Notes: generated from the sequence alone by a model not told the origin. 64,000 nt of DNA from Bdellovibrionales bacterium (GCA_041690295.1 JAWLHR010000010.1:32001-96000), one strand, 5' to 3'; numbered from the stretch's first letter, positions 54,224 to 64,000 are shown. A program made the numbers and translations.

Positions 54224-54340
54224 TCTCCCCTTCGTTTGATTTTGGACACTCAGTTATATAGTGGGACCACGAACAAATATCGTCCGAAAACGCAAAGTGT
54301 CAATTACTTGAAGTGCCATCCGCACGGGTTAGGATAAGGC

Positions 54341-55609
54341 ATGTTTAATCCAACAGGCGATCAACTTGCCGCAACCATTTGTTTTACTTTGGCAATTCTG
54401 CACACCTTTTCGGTGAGCCTCTTCAATCGCTGGGCGAACCGCTGCCGCTCGGGCTCGGTTAAAGAGAATTTTCTACATCTCATGGGCGAAGTTGAAGTGG
54501 TGTTTGGACTCTGGGCCGGTATCTACTTGTTTATTCTGGCTTTGATGAGTGGGCTTGAGCCGAGCGTCCAATACCTCGAGAGCTTGAATTTCACCGAACC
54601 GTTTTTTGTTTTCGTGGTGATGACCGTATCCGCCACCCGGCCGGTTCTGGAATGGGCGACGTTCTTCATTGGTAGCATCGCGCGTGTGCTCCCGCTGCCG
54701 GCCAATTTTAGTTTTTATTTTGTCACGCTCACGGTTGGGCCGCTTCTTGGAAGTTTTATTACGGAGCCCGCGGCGATGACAGTGACCGCGTTGATCCTGC
54801 TTGAGCGCTTCATGCAGAAAAAAGTGAGCTCTTTCTTCAAGTATTGCACGCTGGGGCTTTTGTTCGTGAACGTTTCCATCGGCGGCACATTGACGCCGTT
54901 CGCGGCGCCGCCGGTCCTCATGGTTTCAAGTATTTGGAATTGGGACCTGATGCATATGTTGACCCACTTTGGTTGGAAGAGCGCCTTGGCCTGTGTGGTT
55001 ACGACCGCCATCGGGGTGGTCCTGGGAATGAAGGACTTAAAGAAAATTCCCCAGGCGAAGCGGGGCAAGGCCTTCACCGCGCCGTTTTGGGTGGGTGCGC
55101 TTCACCTTGTGATGCTCGCGGCGATCGTGTTCATGCACACTCGAGTCACTGTTTTCTTGGGTTTATTCCTCTTTTTCCTGGGTGTCGTCACCGTGACGAA
55201 GGAATATCAGAACGAACTGAAACTCCGCGAAGCTTTGTTGGTGGCGTTCTTCCTCGGTGGCTTGGTTGTCTTGGGTCAACCGCAGAGGTGGTGGTTGGAG
55301 CCGGTCCTCACTCAACTCAGTGCAGGAACATTGTTCATCGGAGCCGCGGGTCTTACCGCCATCATGGATAATGCCGCGCTCACTTATTTGGGCGCGCAGG
55401 TTCCCGATATTTCGGAAATGTCCAAGTATGCTCTGGTCGCGGGAGCGGTCACCGGCGGTGGCTTGACCGTGATCGCGAACGCGCCGAACCCGGCCGGCTA
55501 CAGCATATTGAATTCCACGTTCGGTGAAAATGGCATCAGCGCCCCCAAATTGTTCGCAGGTGCTATGCTGCCCACGCTGATCGCCGCCGCTTGTTTCTGG
55601 TTCCTTTAA
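54341..55609 (+). CDS. Putative Na+/H+ antiporter (DUF1504-type)
   Basis: HLMGEVEVVFG, GSFITEPAAMT, GGTLTPFAAPPV, DNAALTY and GGGLTVIANAPNPAG. Confidence 0.85.
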   Translation: MFNPTGDQLAATICFTLAILHTFSVSLFNRWANRCRSGSVKENFLHLMGEVEVVFGLWAGIYLFILALMSGLEPSVQYLESLNFTEPFFVFVVMTVSATRPVLEWATFFIGSIARVLPLPANFSFYFVTLTVGPLLGSFITEPAAMTVTALILLERFMQKKVSSFFKYCTLGLLFVNVSIGGTLTPFAAPPVLMVSSIWNWDLMHMLTHFGWKSALACVVTTAIGVVLGMKDLKKIPQAKRGKAFTAPFWVGALHLVMLAAIVFMHTRVTVFLGLFLFFLGVVTVTKEYQNELKLREALLVAFFLGGLVVLGQPQRWWLEPVLTQLSAGTLFIGAAGLTAIMDNAALTYLGAQVPDISEMSKYALVAGAVTGGGLTVIANAPNPAGYSILNSTFGENGISAPKLFAGAMLPTLIAAACFWFL

Positions 55610-56955
55610 GGCGGCATGACCGGAACTTTAAATATCTTAGCCAAGGCGAGAAACGGCTCCGGTGCCATGGAGTCACGATAGTGAACTTCAAGATGTTTAA
55701 TGGCCTGCGCGGGTGACATTCCGGAATGTGTGGGGCTTTTCAACGCGAACTCCGCGAAGAGGTTCGCCACCCGGACAATTTGCGCGAATGGGTGAATGGC
55801 ATGTTTGGAGATCCCGCGGGGAAAGCCCGTGCCGATTTGGTCTTCGTGATGCTCATAAGCCACGGCCACCGCCTCGCTGGGGATGGCCTTCAGTTCAAGC
55901 AGGATATCCCGCCCGCGTAAAGGATGGGTTTCGATGGCCTTTCGCTCCGTATGAGTCAGGAGCGGCCGGGGTTTGGCGAGAAGTTCCCTATCGAGCTCCT
56001 TCTTGCCGATGTCATGGAAAATGCCGGCGACACTCAGCTTGAACAGGTTGGCGGTTGAGGTCCATCCCATTTGTTTGGCGATGAGAACGGAGAAAATGCT
56101 GACACATAGACTGTGAGCATAAATGTGATCCGAATGAGAATTCAGGCTTTCGAGTAAATTGAGAGAATTCGGTTCGTCGGTCAGGACGTTCATGCTGGTG
56201 GTGAGAAAATCGCGCGCTTCATTGTAGGCTTCATCATCCACTCCCGCGATGAACGCTCTTTCCAGAATGACCTCACCCGTGTAGCGCATGAAATTGGCCT
56301 TCTTCTCCATTTGGATTTTATCCGTTTGGGCCACGGTCTTGGCCAAATTAAGGTTGAACGAAACAAGGGTGCGGAAGTCGTCCTTGAGAACATAAAGATG
56401 TTTGAGCCCTTTGGATTTATACGTGTGAATGCGATCCACCGGAATGGGATCGCCTTTGCGACCGATCTTTACATAGCGGGAGCCCAGTTTGACATGGACA
56501 TCGAAGTTCAAGTTGCCGGCCGAAACGAATTCTTCGAGGGAGACTTTGCAATATTCATTTTCCGATTTCTTTTTCTCCGGCTTTTCGTGGTTGAGTTTGT
56601 GCCCGCAAAGACGTTTGACCATGTCGAGAAGGTCGTGGGTCTCGAACGGTTTAAGCAAAAAGTCACTGGCGCCAAGGTCATGGGCTTTTTTGGTTTCCAT
56701 GACCAATGAGAAGCCGGTCATGAGCACGAACGGTGTGGGTTTGTTCGACTGCACCCATTGCAAAAGTTCGATTCCGGTCAAATGGGGCATTTGGGTGTCG
56801 GAAATGATCAGATCGAACGGCGATGAGACATTGATGATCTCGCGCGCTTTTTTTCCGTCCGGCGCGCCTGTGACTTTCCATCCTTGTTCCGTCAATACAT
56901 CCGTGACCGCGCCCAAAAAATGCGGGTCATCTTCGACGAGAAGAATGTTGAGCAC
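55606..56955 (-). CDS. Response regulator with HD-GYP domain
   Basis: Receiver ILLVEDD..ISDTQMP..KP; HS..., FHDIGK and HHEDQIGTGFP. Confidence 0.88.
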   Translation of the reverse strand: MLNILLVEDDPHFLGAVTDVLTEQGWKVTGAPDGKKAREIINVSSPFDLIISDTQMPHLTGIELLQWVQSNKPTPFVLMTGFSLVMETKKAHDLGASDFLLKPFETHDLLDMVKRLCGHKLNHEKPEKKKSENEYCKVSLEEFVSAGNLNFDVHVKLGSRYVKIGRKGDPIPVDRIHTYKSKGLKHLYVLKDDFRTLVSFNLNLAKTVAQTDKIQMEKKANFMRYTGEVILERAFIAGVDDEAYNEARDFLTTSMNVLTDEPNSLNLLESLNSHSDHIYAHSLCVSIFSVLIAKQMGWTSTANLFKLSVAGIFHDIGKKELDRELLAKPRPLLTHTERKAIETHPLRGRDILLELKAIPSEAVAVAYEHHEDQIGTGFPRGISKHAIHPFAQIVRVANLFAEFALKSPTHSGMSPAQAIKHLEVHYRDSMAPEPFLALAKIFKVPVMPP

Positions 56956-56965
56956 GTTGTCCTCC

Positions 56966-58282
56966 CTAGTTCATCTGTCGACAGAGTGATTCCAAAGACG
57001 CCACGATGTCCTGATCGTACTCGGCGCGCCCGCGAAGCCTGGTGGCGGATTCTTGAGGCGCAAGGCCGGCACAGGGCTTGGTTCGTAGCAAATCAAAACA
57101 AAATTCATCCGCGATGTGAATGATACGGGCCATGATATGAATTTGGTCGCGGTGGAGCTTGTTGGGATATCCGGTGCCATTGCAGTTCTCGTGGTGCTGA
57201 AGTATGACGTCACAGATCTCAGAAGGGAAGAGCCCGGTTTCCCGTAAAATTCGTGATCCAAGTTCCACATGGGAGCGAAGGATTTTCCGCTCCTCGGGCG
57301 TTAAACTGCTGGTCGGGCGGTTGATAAGGTTGGGATCAAGCTTAAGTTTGCCCACGTCCTGAAAGAGCGCGGCGACAGCGATGTTGTAGCAATCGGCGAT
57401 CGAGAGTTTATTCCGTTGGGCAAGCATGACGGAAACGGCCGTGGACGCCAGAGTGTGGGAGTAGGAATAACTTCCGTTTTCCTGCATGCCCGAAATAAGT
57501 TCCCAAAAATCCGCCGAATTCACGTTGTGAAGAAAACATTTGATGAACTCGATGGACGTGTCGACCGCTTCCTGATCGATCCCTTGAAATTTAATCTTTT
57601 GCGATAAAAGTTCGATGCTGTTTTTTAAAAGCTGTGATTTCGCGCGCGGATCGATTTTCCGGGTTTTCGACGCGGCTTTGAGGTTCATCACCTGAAGGGG
57701 AATGAGCTGATTCAAGCTTTCGATTTCCGTGTAAAGGCAGGGCTTATCGCGAAGACTTTGATCGAGTTCGCAAACTTCCCCGCGATTGGAAATTTTCCTA
57801 AGCCGTCCGTCGAATTCCGCGTAGATATTGCACTCGGAGTAAAGACCGCGAACCACTTCGGCCACAGGTAAGACCGCGAAACCTTCGAATGAGGGGTAAA
57901 ACGGTAGGTCCTGCCGAGGACGCGCGGGGTTCAGGGAGAAATCAATCGCCCGCAGAATTTCTTCACGGGTGAATGGTTTATATAACAGATCCGCCGCCCC
58001 GGCATTGGTCGCTCGCGCCGTCGCCAGAGCCTCCATATGTCCCGTGATCAGAATCAATGGAGTGGTGGAGCGATGCTGTTTGACCCACTCAACCAGTTGC
58101 AGGCCGTCCATTTCGAGCATTTGAAAGTCGGAAATGATGCAATCGAAATCTTCATTCTCGAGAATGGAAATGGCTTCCTCACCGGTCAGGGTCGACACCG
58201 CGCGATGACCGTTGGATTCAAGCAGTCCGGCCAAGGCGGAAGCAAAAACATTGTCGTCTTCAGCAATTAAAATTCTTGCCAT
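56966..58282 (-). CDS. Response regulator with degenerate HD-GYP domain (QD instead of HD)
   Basis: MARILIAEDD..ISDFQM..KP; FQDVGK and HHENCNGTGYP. Confidence 0.85.
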   Translation of the reverse strand: MARILIAEDDNVFASALAGLLESNGHRAVSTLTGEEAISILENEDFDCIISDFQMLEMDGLQLVEWVKQHRSTTPLILITGHMEALATARATNAGAADLLYKPFTREEILRAIDFSLNPARPRQDLPFYPSFEGFAVLPVAEVVRGLYSECNIYAEFDGRLRKISNRGEVCELDQSLRDKPCLYTEIESLNQLIPLQVMNLKAASKTRKIDPRAKSQLLKNSIELLSQKIKFQGIDQEAVDTSIEFIKCFLHNVNSADFWELISGMQENGSYSYSHTLASTAVSVMLAQRNKLSIADCYNIAVAALFQDVGKLKLDPNLINRPTSSLTPEERKILRSHVELGSRILRETGLFPSEICDVILQHHENCNGTGYPNKLHRDQIHIMARIIHIADEFCFDLLRTKPCAGLAPQESATRLRGRAEYDQDIVASLESLCRQMN

Positions 58283-59093
58283 TGTTTTGTCCGAGAATTT
58301 CGTCCGCAAGGACATCCGATTGGTCGAAGGGGATTTCAAAAACAAAGCTCGTGCACGGCGCTTCTTGATCGAAATACAAATTTCCGCCGTGGGATTCGAT
58401 GATACTTTTGCAGATGGGAAGTCCGAATCCCGTGCCGCTTTCCAGGGATTTAGTGGTGAAATTCGGCATGAACATTTGGGCTCGGATCTCCTCTGGAATC
58501 GGAGGGCCGCTGTCCTTCACGGCAATTTTCAACCGTTCATTGGATTCGGTCACTTCGATCAAAGTCCAGCGATCGGACAGTCCCTGAACGGCGTCGAAGG
58601 CATTGTTCAGCAGATTGATCAGAACCTGAATCAACTCGTTCGCCCGGCAATGAACCGGTTTTTGTTCAGGAATTCGAAAATCCACTTTCAGATCCACCCC
58701 GGATCTTCTGAACTTTCCTTCGCAAAGGAGCAGGGTGTCTTTAATGAGTTCGTTCACCTTGATTTCGCGAATGGATTCGGAAGGGCCCTGGCTGGCCAGT
58801 TTGCGGACGGTGCCCACGATTTTCGTGAGCTTGTTAGTGACCTGCAGGATCATGTCCATCATATTTTCGATTTCCGCGGAAGAGACGCCGTTTTGGGCCT
58901 TTTGCTTCAAACCTTGCGCGATCAAAACGATCGCACCCAGTGGAGTGTTAATCTCATGGGCGATTTGCCCGGCCATTTCGCCGAGCGCCGACAGCTTCGC
59001 CTTCCTCAGTAGGTGCGTGGCCACCGGTGATATTGATGGATTGCTTCGATTCATGGTTGGGACTCGTTCAAGTCTATTAAGACTTGTACTCAT
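58260..59093 (-). CDS. Cytoplasmic histidine kinase without sensor domain
   Basis: H-box IAHEINTPL, N-box NLLNNAFDA, DSGP, FTTK and GTGFGL. Confidence 0.9.
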   Translation of the reverse strand: MSTSLNRLERVPTMNRSNPSISPVATHLLRKAKLSALGEMAGQIAHEINTPLGAIVLIAQGLKQKAQNGVSSAEIENMMDMILQVTNKLTKIVGTVRKLASQGPSESIREIKVNELIKDTLLLCEGKFRRSGVDLKVDFRIPEQKPVHCRANELIQVLINLLNNAFDAVQGLSDRWTLIEVTESNERLKIAVKDSGPPIPEEIRAQMFMPNFTTKSLESGTGFGLPICKSIIESHGGNLYFDQEAPCTSFVFEIPFDQSDVLADEILGQNNGKNFNC

Positions 59094-59235
59094 CCTAGCG
59101 CAATCCTGGCCGCCGTCACGAAAACACTAAAAATTGTTTATTAAACAAACCTATTCTAGTCGTTGGCCTAGACTCTCAAGGTTTATTGATGTCATTTTCG
59201 ATACGGGCTCGGCTTCGTGAATTTGGGAGTCGTAC

Positions 59236-59667
59236 TCAATCTTTCGTGCAGTTGGAACACAGGCCATAGAAGACAACCGAAAGGTTGGCTTTGGAAAAAC
59301 CATGGACGTCTCTTAAGGCTTGTTCGATTCGTTGGAAAAGTTCCGGTTTGCCCCGGCTGGATCGTCCGCACTCTTTGCAAATGAAGTAATGGTGAACCTT
59401 CCGGTCAAAAACAAACTGGAAGCACTTTCCCACTTTGGGAAGATTCAACTCCTGAAGGACGTCCATTTTCTTTAAAACCTGGAGATTTCGGTAAATGCTG
59501 GACCGGTCAACGCTGTCCAGAACTGATCCCACATGGTCGTAAATTTCGCGAAGGGGAATGCGGCGGGTCTTATTATTCAAAATAAACTGTATAAGCGCCC
59601 GGCGGGCTGGCGTTATGCGCATATTATTCGCGCGTAAGACCGATATGAGGTCTTTATGGCGTTTCAT
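59236..59667 (-). CDS. Fur family transcriptional regulator
   Basis: RITPARR, SSIYRNL, HHYFICKEC and YGLCSNC. Confidence 0.88.
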   Translation of the reverse strand: MKRHKDLISVLRANNMRITPARRALIQFILNNKTRRIPLREIYDHVGSVLDSVDRSSIYRNLQVLKKMDVLQELNLPKVGKCFQFVFDRKVHHYFICKECGRSSRGKPELFQRIEQALRDVHGFSKANLSVVFYGLCSNCTKD

Positions 59668-59688
59668 CCTGGGACCAGGCTATCCCTT

Positions 59689-59706
59689 AATGCAACATAT
59701 TGCAAT
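59689..59706. promoter_or_regulatory. Palindromic operator candidate between the divergent fur-like and dauA genes
   Basis: AA-TGCAA-cata-TTGCA-AT inverted repeat in an 88 bp divergent intergenic region. Confidence 0.55.
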
Positions 59707-59755
59707 AAAGTGGGCAGTGCACTAATCTTAGGGAAAGCCATCCTCAGAGAAAGTC

Positions 59756-61543
59756 ATGCATCGCCGTTATAAAATTCAGCCCACGGTTTTGTTTCCTAAA
59801 CTTCGCTTGGCCGCCGCCCTGCGGGACTGTTTGAAAAGGGGATATTCGTTCGATGATCTTCGCGCGGACGTGATGTCCGGCGTGGTGGTTGGAATGGTGG
59901 CGGTTCCTTTGGGAATGGCATTGGCCATTGCCAGCGGTGTCGCGCCTCAATACGGACTGTACACGGTGATCATCGGTGGCGCGATCGTGGCCTTGCTCGG
60001 CGGCTCCCGATTTCAGGTGACGGGGCCGACCGCCGCATTCGTGGTCGTGCTCGCGCCGATCGTGCAGAAGTTCGGCTTCGCCGGTCTTTTGATGGCCGGT
60101 TTGATGGCGGGTATCATGCTGGTCTTCATGGGAATCGCCCGAATGGGCCGCTTGATTCAGTTCGTCCCTTATCCGGTTTCAACGGGCTTCACGTCGGGCA
60201 TCGCGGTGGTGATCGGAACTCTGCAATTCAAAGACTTTTTCGGACTCGACGTTCCTCATCTGCCCGAAAGTTTTCTGGGTAAAGTGGTGGCGCTGTTTCA
60301 GGCGCGAGGGACGATTTCCCTCACTGAGCTGGGTGTGGGCGTGTGCACCTTGGCGCTTTTGATTTTTTGGCCGCGTTTTAACAAAAGAATTCCGGCGCCG
60401 ATCGTGGCCATGGTGATCATTTCGCTGGCCGTGGTGATCGTGCGTCGGTTTTTTCCCGACTTGGATGTGATCACTTTGGGAAGCCGCTTTTCCTATGATG
60501 TGGCGGGAGTGAAGGGGCACGGCATTCCGCGAATTCCGCCCCAATTCAATTGGCCATGGAACTTCATCGGCGGCGACGGAAAAGTTTTTGTCTTCAGCAT
60601 CGAGGCTCTCCAGGCGATCGTGCCCGGCGCGTTCGCCATTGCCATGCTGGGCGCGATCGAATCCTTGCTCTCGGCGGTGGTGGCGGACGGAATGGCGCAC
60701 ACCAAGCACGATCCGGATGCGGAGCTGGTCGCGCTGGGAATTGGCAATATCCTTTGTCCGTTCTTCGGCGGCGTGCCGGCCACCGGAGCGATCGCGCGAA
60801 CGGCGACGAATATTCGCTTCGGCGCCCGCTCGCCCCTTTCAGCGGTGATTCACGCTCTGTTCACCTTATTCGTTATTCTTCTGTTCGCGCCTCTAGTGTC
60901 TTATCTTCCCATGGCGGCTTTGGCCGCGCTTTTGATCCTGGTGGCGTACAATATGTCGGAGTTAACCCATTTCACGCACATCCTTCGCGTCGCGCCCCGA
61001 AGCGATGTCACCGTTTTACTGATCTGTTTCACTTTGACGATTCTGTTCGACATGGTGGTCGGTGTGATGGTGGGTGTGGTTCTCGCGGCCTTACTTTTTA
61101 TGCGGAGAATGGCGGAGGTCACCGAGGGACACAAGCTTTCCACCGGTTCGTTGAAATCGGTGACCAGTAAATCGATTCCTCAGGATGTGGTCATTTATGA
61201 AATCGAAGGCCCATTGTTTTTCGGTGCGGCCGAGAAGGCGGCCGAAACTTTGGCGGACATCACCGACAATATCCGTGGTGTGATCTTTTTAATGCGCGAT
61301 GTGCCGGCCATGGATGTCACGGGACTCGTGGCCTTTGAGAGCGCGCTCAAGAAACTCTGCAATGGCGAACGTAAAATCTGTCTGGTCGGACTTCGTCCGC
61401 AACCGAAAGAGTTGATCACGCGCTCGGGCATCGCGGCATCAAAGCCGGAAATCATGATGACGGACACGGTGGACATGGCGTTGGACATTATGGTGGAAGC
61501 ATCGATTTCGTTGCCTCAAACCACCGGTGTTCTCACGACATAG
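59756..61543 (+). CDS. dauA: SulP family transporter with STAS domain (C4-dicarboxylate transporter DauA-like)
   Basis: PLGMALAIASGVAPQYGLYT, GPTAAFVV, LGAIESLL, ATGAIART and GPLFFGAA. Confidence 0.85.
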   Translation: MHRRYKIQPTVLFPKLRLAAALRDCLKRGYSFDDLRADVMSGVVVGMVAVPLGMALAIASGVAPQYGLYTVIIGGAIVALLGGSRFQVTGPTAAFVVVLAPIVQKFGFAGLLMAGLMAGIMLVFMGIARMGRLIQFVPYPVSTGFTSGIAVVIGTLQFKDFFGLDVPHLPESFLGKVVALFQARGTISLTELGVGVCTLALLIFWPRFNKRIPAPIVAMVIISLAVVIVRRFFPDLDVITLGSRFSYDVAGVKGHGIPRIPPQFNWPWNFIGGDGKVFVFSIEALQAIVPGAFAIAMLGAIESLLSAVVADGMAHTKHDPDAELVALGIGNILCPFFGGVPATGAIARTATNIRFGARSPLSAVIHALFTLFVILLFAPLVSYLPMAALAALLILVAYNMSELTHFTHILRVAPRSDVTVLLICFTLTILFDMVVGVMVGVVLAALLFMRRMAEVTEGHKLSTGSLKSVTSKSIPQDVVIYEIEGPLFFGAAEKAAETLADITDNIRGVIFLMRDVPAMDVTGLVAFESALKKLCNGERKICLVGLRPQPKELITRSGIAASKPEIMMTDTVDMALDIMVEASISLPQTTGVLTT

Positions 61544-61680
61544 CGGAGGCTAGAAGTCGCCACTGGCTCTTTCCGCCGCATCGGCGGGACTAGATTACTG
61601 TCGGCGTTTCCTTTTTATAAGGAATGTACTGCTCCAACCGCGTTTGAAATCACCTTCGTTTTCCTATAGTTTCGTGGCAA

Positions 61681-63159
61681 GTGCCTGAGTTTGGATTTGA
61701 GTCACTGGCCATTGTTCTTCTCGCGGGTTCACTTCTTTTAGTCCTCTCGGTCCTCGCCAGCCGGATTTCCTCGAAATTTGGCGTGCCTTCACTGCTTTTA
61801 TTTCTTGGCATCGGAATGCTGGCGGGAACGGACGGGCCGGGCGGGATTGAGTTTGACAACTACCATCTCGCGTTCGCGGTCGGTTGCGTTTGTCTGGCGC
61901 TGATCTTGTTTGACGGCGGGATACGAACATCGTGGGAGAGTGTTCGTCCCATTCTCGGGTGGGGGATATCGCTGTCGGTTTTAGGTACGATCATCACCGC
62001 GGTTTTGACCGCGGGCTTCGCCCACTACATATTGAACATCTCCTGGCTCGACGGTTTTTTGCTGGGCGCGATCGTGTCGTCAACCGATGTGGCGGCCGTA
62101 TTTGGAATATTGAGAGCCCGGAATATCGGTCTTAGAAGTTCGCTGAAGCAACTTCTGGAGTTCGAAGCCGGAAGCAATGATCCAACGTCGATATTTTTAA
62201 CCGTGAGCGTGATTGTTTTCACTGTCGCCGAACAAACCCGCGCGTCGGGTTTTATTCTCAGCTTTGTGCAAGAGGCGGGGCTTGGATTCGCGGGCGGGTG
62301 GCTGGGCGGCCGCTTGAGCCGCTGGATCATTAACACCATCGGAATTGAATACGAAGGCTTGTACAGCGTTTTGACTTTGGGATTGTCCCTTCTGGTCTTC
62401 GCCTTCACCACGGCCATTCACGGCAGCGGATTTTTGGCCGCCTACGTGATGGGGATGATTCTTGGAAATTCGGATCTCTTGCATAAAGGGAGTATCGTTC
62501 GCTTTCAGGACGGGGTCGCATGGATTTCGCAGATTCTCGTGTTCCTCACGTTGGGCCTTTTGGTGGCTCCGTCCCAGGTGATCGCGCTGTGGCGGGAGGG
62601 CATCGTTCTTTCATTGTTTTTGATGTTGTTGGCGCGCCCGATCGCCGTTTTCATCTGCATGGCGGGGTCGCCGTTTTCCTGGAATGAACGTTTTTTTGTT
62701 TCCTGGGTGGGGCTAAGAGGTGCGGCACCGATCATCCTGGCCACTCTTCCCCTGAGTGTCGGGTATCCGAGCGCGCAGTTTTATTTCAACCTGGTTTTCT
62801 TTGTCGTCGTTCTTTCCGTGATCACGCAAGGGATCAGTATTCCATGGATGGCGGCGAAGCTCGGCGTCTCGATTCCCATGACCGAGGAGCCCGAGGAACA
62901 ACTGCCTTCGGGCCTCTTACCGGAAGGTTTCATTTCGGTGGAATTCGAAGTGGTCGAGAACTCCCAGGCGGATCGCCAGAGGATCGTTCAATTGCATCTT
63001 CCCTCAGGTGTCCTTCTCACCAGCGTCAAGCGTGACGGCCGTTATTTGGTTCCCCGTGGTGATACCATGCTGGCGGCCGGTGATCGCGTGTGGGGTTTTG
63101 CGCGCCCGAGTAATCTTGAATTCTTGCGAAGGCTTTTCGGTCAGTCGTCGCCGGCCTAG
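61681..63159 (+). CDS. cvrA: K+/H+ antiporter (CvrA/NhaP2) with TrkA-C domain
   Basis: GMLAGTDGPGGI, LILFDGG, SSTDVAAVF, LEFEAGSNDP, WVGLRGA and PRGDT. Confidence 0.88.
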   Translation: MPEFGFESLAIVLLAGSLLLVLSVLASRISSKFGVPSLLLFLGIGMLAGTDGPGGIEFDNYHLAFAVGCVCLALILFDGGIRTSWESVRPILGWGISLSVLGTIITAVLTAGFAHYILNISWLDGFLLGAIVSSTDVAAVFGILRARNIGLRSSLKQLLEFEAGSNDPTSIFLTVSVIVFTVAEQTRASGFILSFVQEAGLGFAGGWLGGRLSRWIINTIGIEYEGLYSVLTLGLSLLVFAFTTAIHGSGFLAAYVMGMILGNSDLLHKGSIVRFQDGVAWISQILVFLTLGLLVAPSQVIALWREGIVLSLFLMLLARPIAVFICMAGSPFSWNERFFVSWVGLRGAAPIILATLPLSVGYPSAQFYFNLVFFVVVLSVITQGISIPWMAAKLGVSIPMTEEPEEQLPSGLLPEGFISVEFEVVENSQADRQRIVQLHLPSGVLLTSVKRDGRYLVPRGDTMLAAGDRVWGFARPSNLEFLRRLFGQSSPA

Positions 63160-63336
63160 CCGGCATAAACGAAATTGCGCGATGTACAATGGGTGCCCTT
63201 TGTACATCGCGGCATCGGCCAAACCAATCGCGTGGAGCCGCGAACCAATGCGATCAAGTGAATGCCAGTGAATTCAGAAAGATCGGAATCAAGCAACTTG
63301 TGTAATTAAAGAAATGGAACAGGAGTGAGCAAACAT

Positions 63337-63412
63337 TGGAGCGGGAGACGGGGCTCAAACCCGCGACCTTCGCCTTGGCAAGGCGACGCTCTATCAACTG
63401 AGCTACTCCCGC
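63337..63412 (-). tRNA. tRNA-Gly (anticodon GCC), CCA encoded
   Basis: GCGGGAGTAGCTCAGTTGATAGAGCGTCGCCTTGCCAAGGCGAAGGTCGCGGGTTTGAGCCCCGTCTCCCGCTCCA is 76 nt and folds as a cloverleaf. Confidence 0.97.
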
Positions 63413-63430
63413 GGCCTTAAAGAAGAAATA

Positions 63431-63460
63431 GTTATAGGGGCATCTTCCGATTCAAGTCAA
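63431..63460 (-). promoter_or_regulatory. Probable sigma70 promoter of tRNA-Gly
   Basis: TTGACT-N18-TATAAC, 18 bp upstream of the mature tRNA. Confidence 0.5.
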
Positions 63461-63471
63461 CGCCCCAAAAA

Positions 63472-64000
63472 TCAATTCTTTGAACCGGAAGGAACCGTCT
63501 CGGCACTGGCTTGGGTCTTAAGCTTTTTGATTTCCGCGTTTTCCAGCATGTGCGAGATCAGGTACTCCCCCTTGGGGGTCCGGCCAAAAAAGATCCAGCG
63601 GCGGTCGAATTGAAGGGGCAGCGTCAATGGCTGGGCGGAAATGGCCACGGATTGAATCAGCTGTCCCTTGTTGGGCGTGAACATACAAAAATTACGGTTC
63701 GAGCAGGCGCTCCAAATGGTCCATCCCTTATGCAACCAGTCCATTTTGTATTCTTCGATATGTTTGCCGCTCAGCCGAACGGACCATGTATCCGTCAACG
63801 GGCTTTTATTCGTGGAGTTGTATGTCCAGGCCAATTTTCCGGTTTTGAAATCAATCGCGGCGATTTCGCCACCAAGCATTTGCAGCGTCACCCGGTTGGC
63901 CATTGGGGTGTAGGTGGGAGAGCCGGCCGGGGATTTTTCCAGCTCCACTTCCCATTCCACCTTTCCTTTACGATTCACATCCAGTTTCAAAACTTTCGCG
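63472..64000 (-). CDS. 3' part of a PQQ-like beta-propeller repeat protein (truncated by window edge)
   Basis: KLDVNRKGKVEW and AAIDFKTGKLAWTY propeller-type repeats; the frame is open to the window end. Confidence 0.6.
   Translation of the reverse strand, partial: AKVLKLDVNRKGKVEWEVELEKSPAGSPTYTPMANRVTLQMLGGEIAAIDFKTGKLAWTYNSTNKSPLTDTWSVRLSGKHIEEYKMDWLHKGWTIWSACSNRNFCMFTPNKGQLIQSVAISAQPLTLPLQFDRRWIFFGRTPKGEYLISHMLENAEIKKLKTQASAETVPSGSKN

Noticed and set aside
55606..63412. tRNA-anchored genomic island or prophage
   Set aside because: There is no integrase, and I found no duplicated tRNA 3' end (att site) by eye.
1..64000. CRISPR arrays, rRNA, tandem repeat arrays
   Set aside because: None were seen on reading. 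The only long repeat detected is the IS pair.

Overview
This is a 64 kb, gene-dense window of a Gram-negative bacterial chromosome. Gene content suggests Bdellovibrionota (inference, not a database result): RNase Y, cNMP/PilZ/HD-GYP signalling proteins, many secreted hypotheticals, a vWA lipoprotein and an S8 protease. It carries about 52 CDS, one tRNA-Gly(GCC), and two copies of an IS1/IS1595-like element with 22-23 bp inverted repeats; one copy is intact and one has a 450 bp internal deletion. The main candidate for a new system is a tightly packed five-gene minus-strand operon (18530-28534) behind a sigma54-like promoter. It encodes a ClpB/Hsp100-type AAA+ ATPase whose N-domain is replaced by a Sec-type signal peptide, followed by four uncharacterised proteins that each have a signal peptide plus internal hydrophobic helices or hairpins. 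This may be an exported unfoldase/translocon, conceptually like the Plasmodium PTEX. The second highlight is a GT9 + Alg9/PIG-B-like GT-C + PAP2 phosphatase cluster that could build a dephosphorylated, mannosylated lipid A. All product calls come from motif reading by eye; no searches were run.
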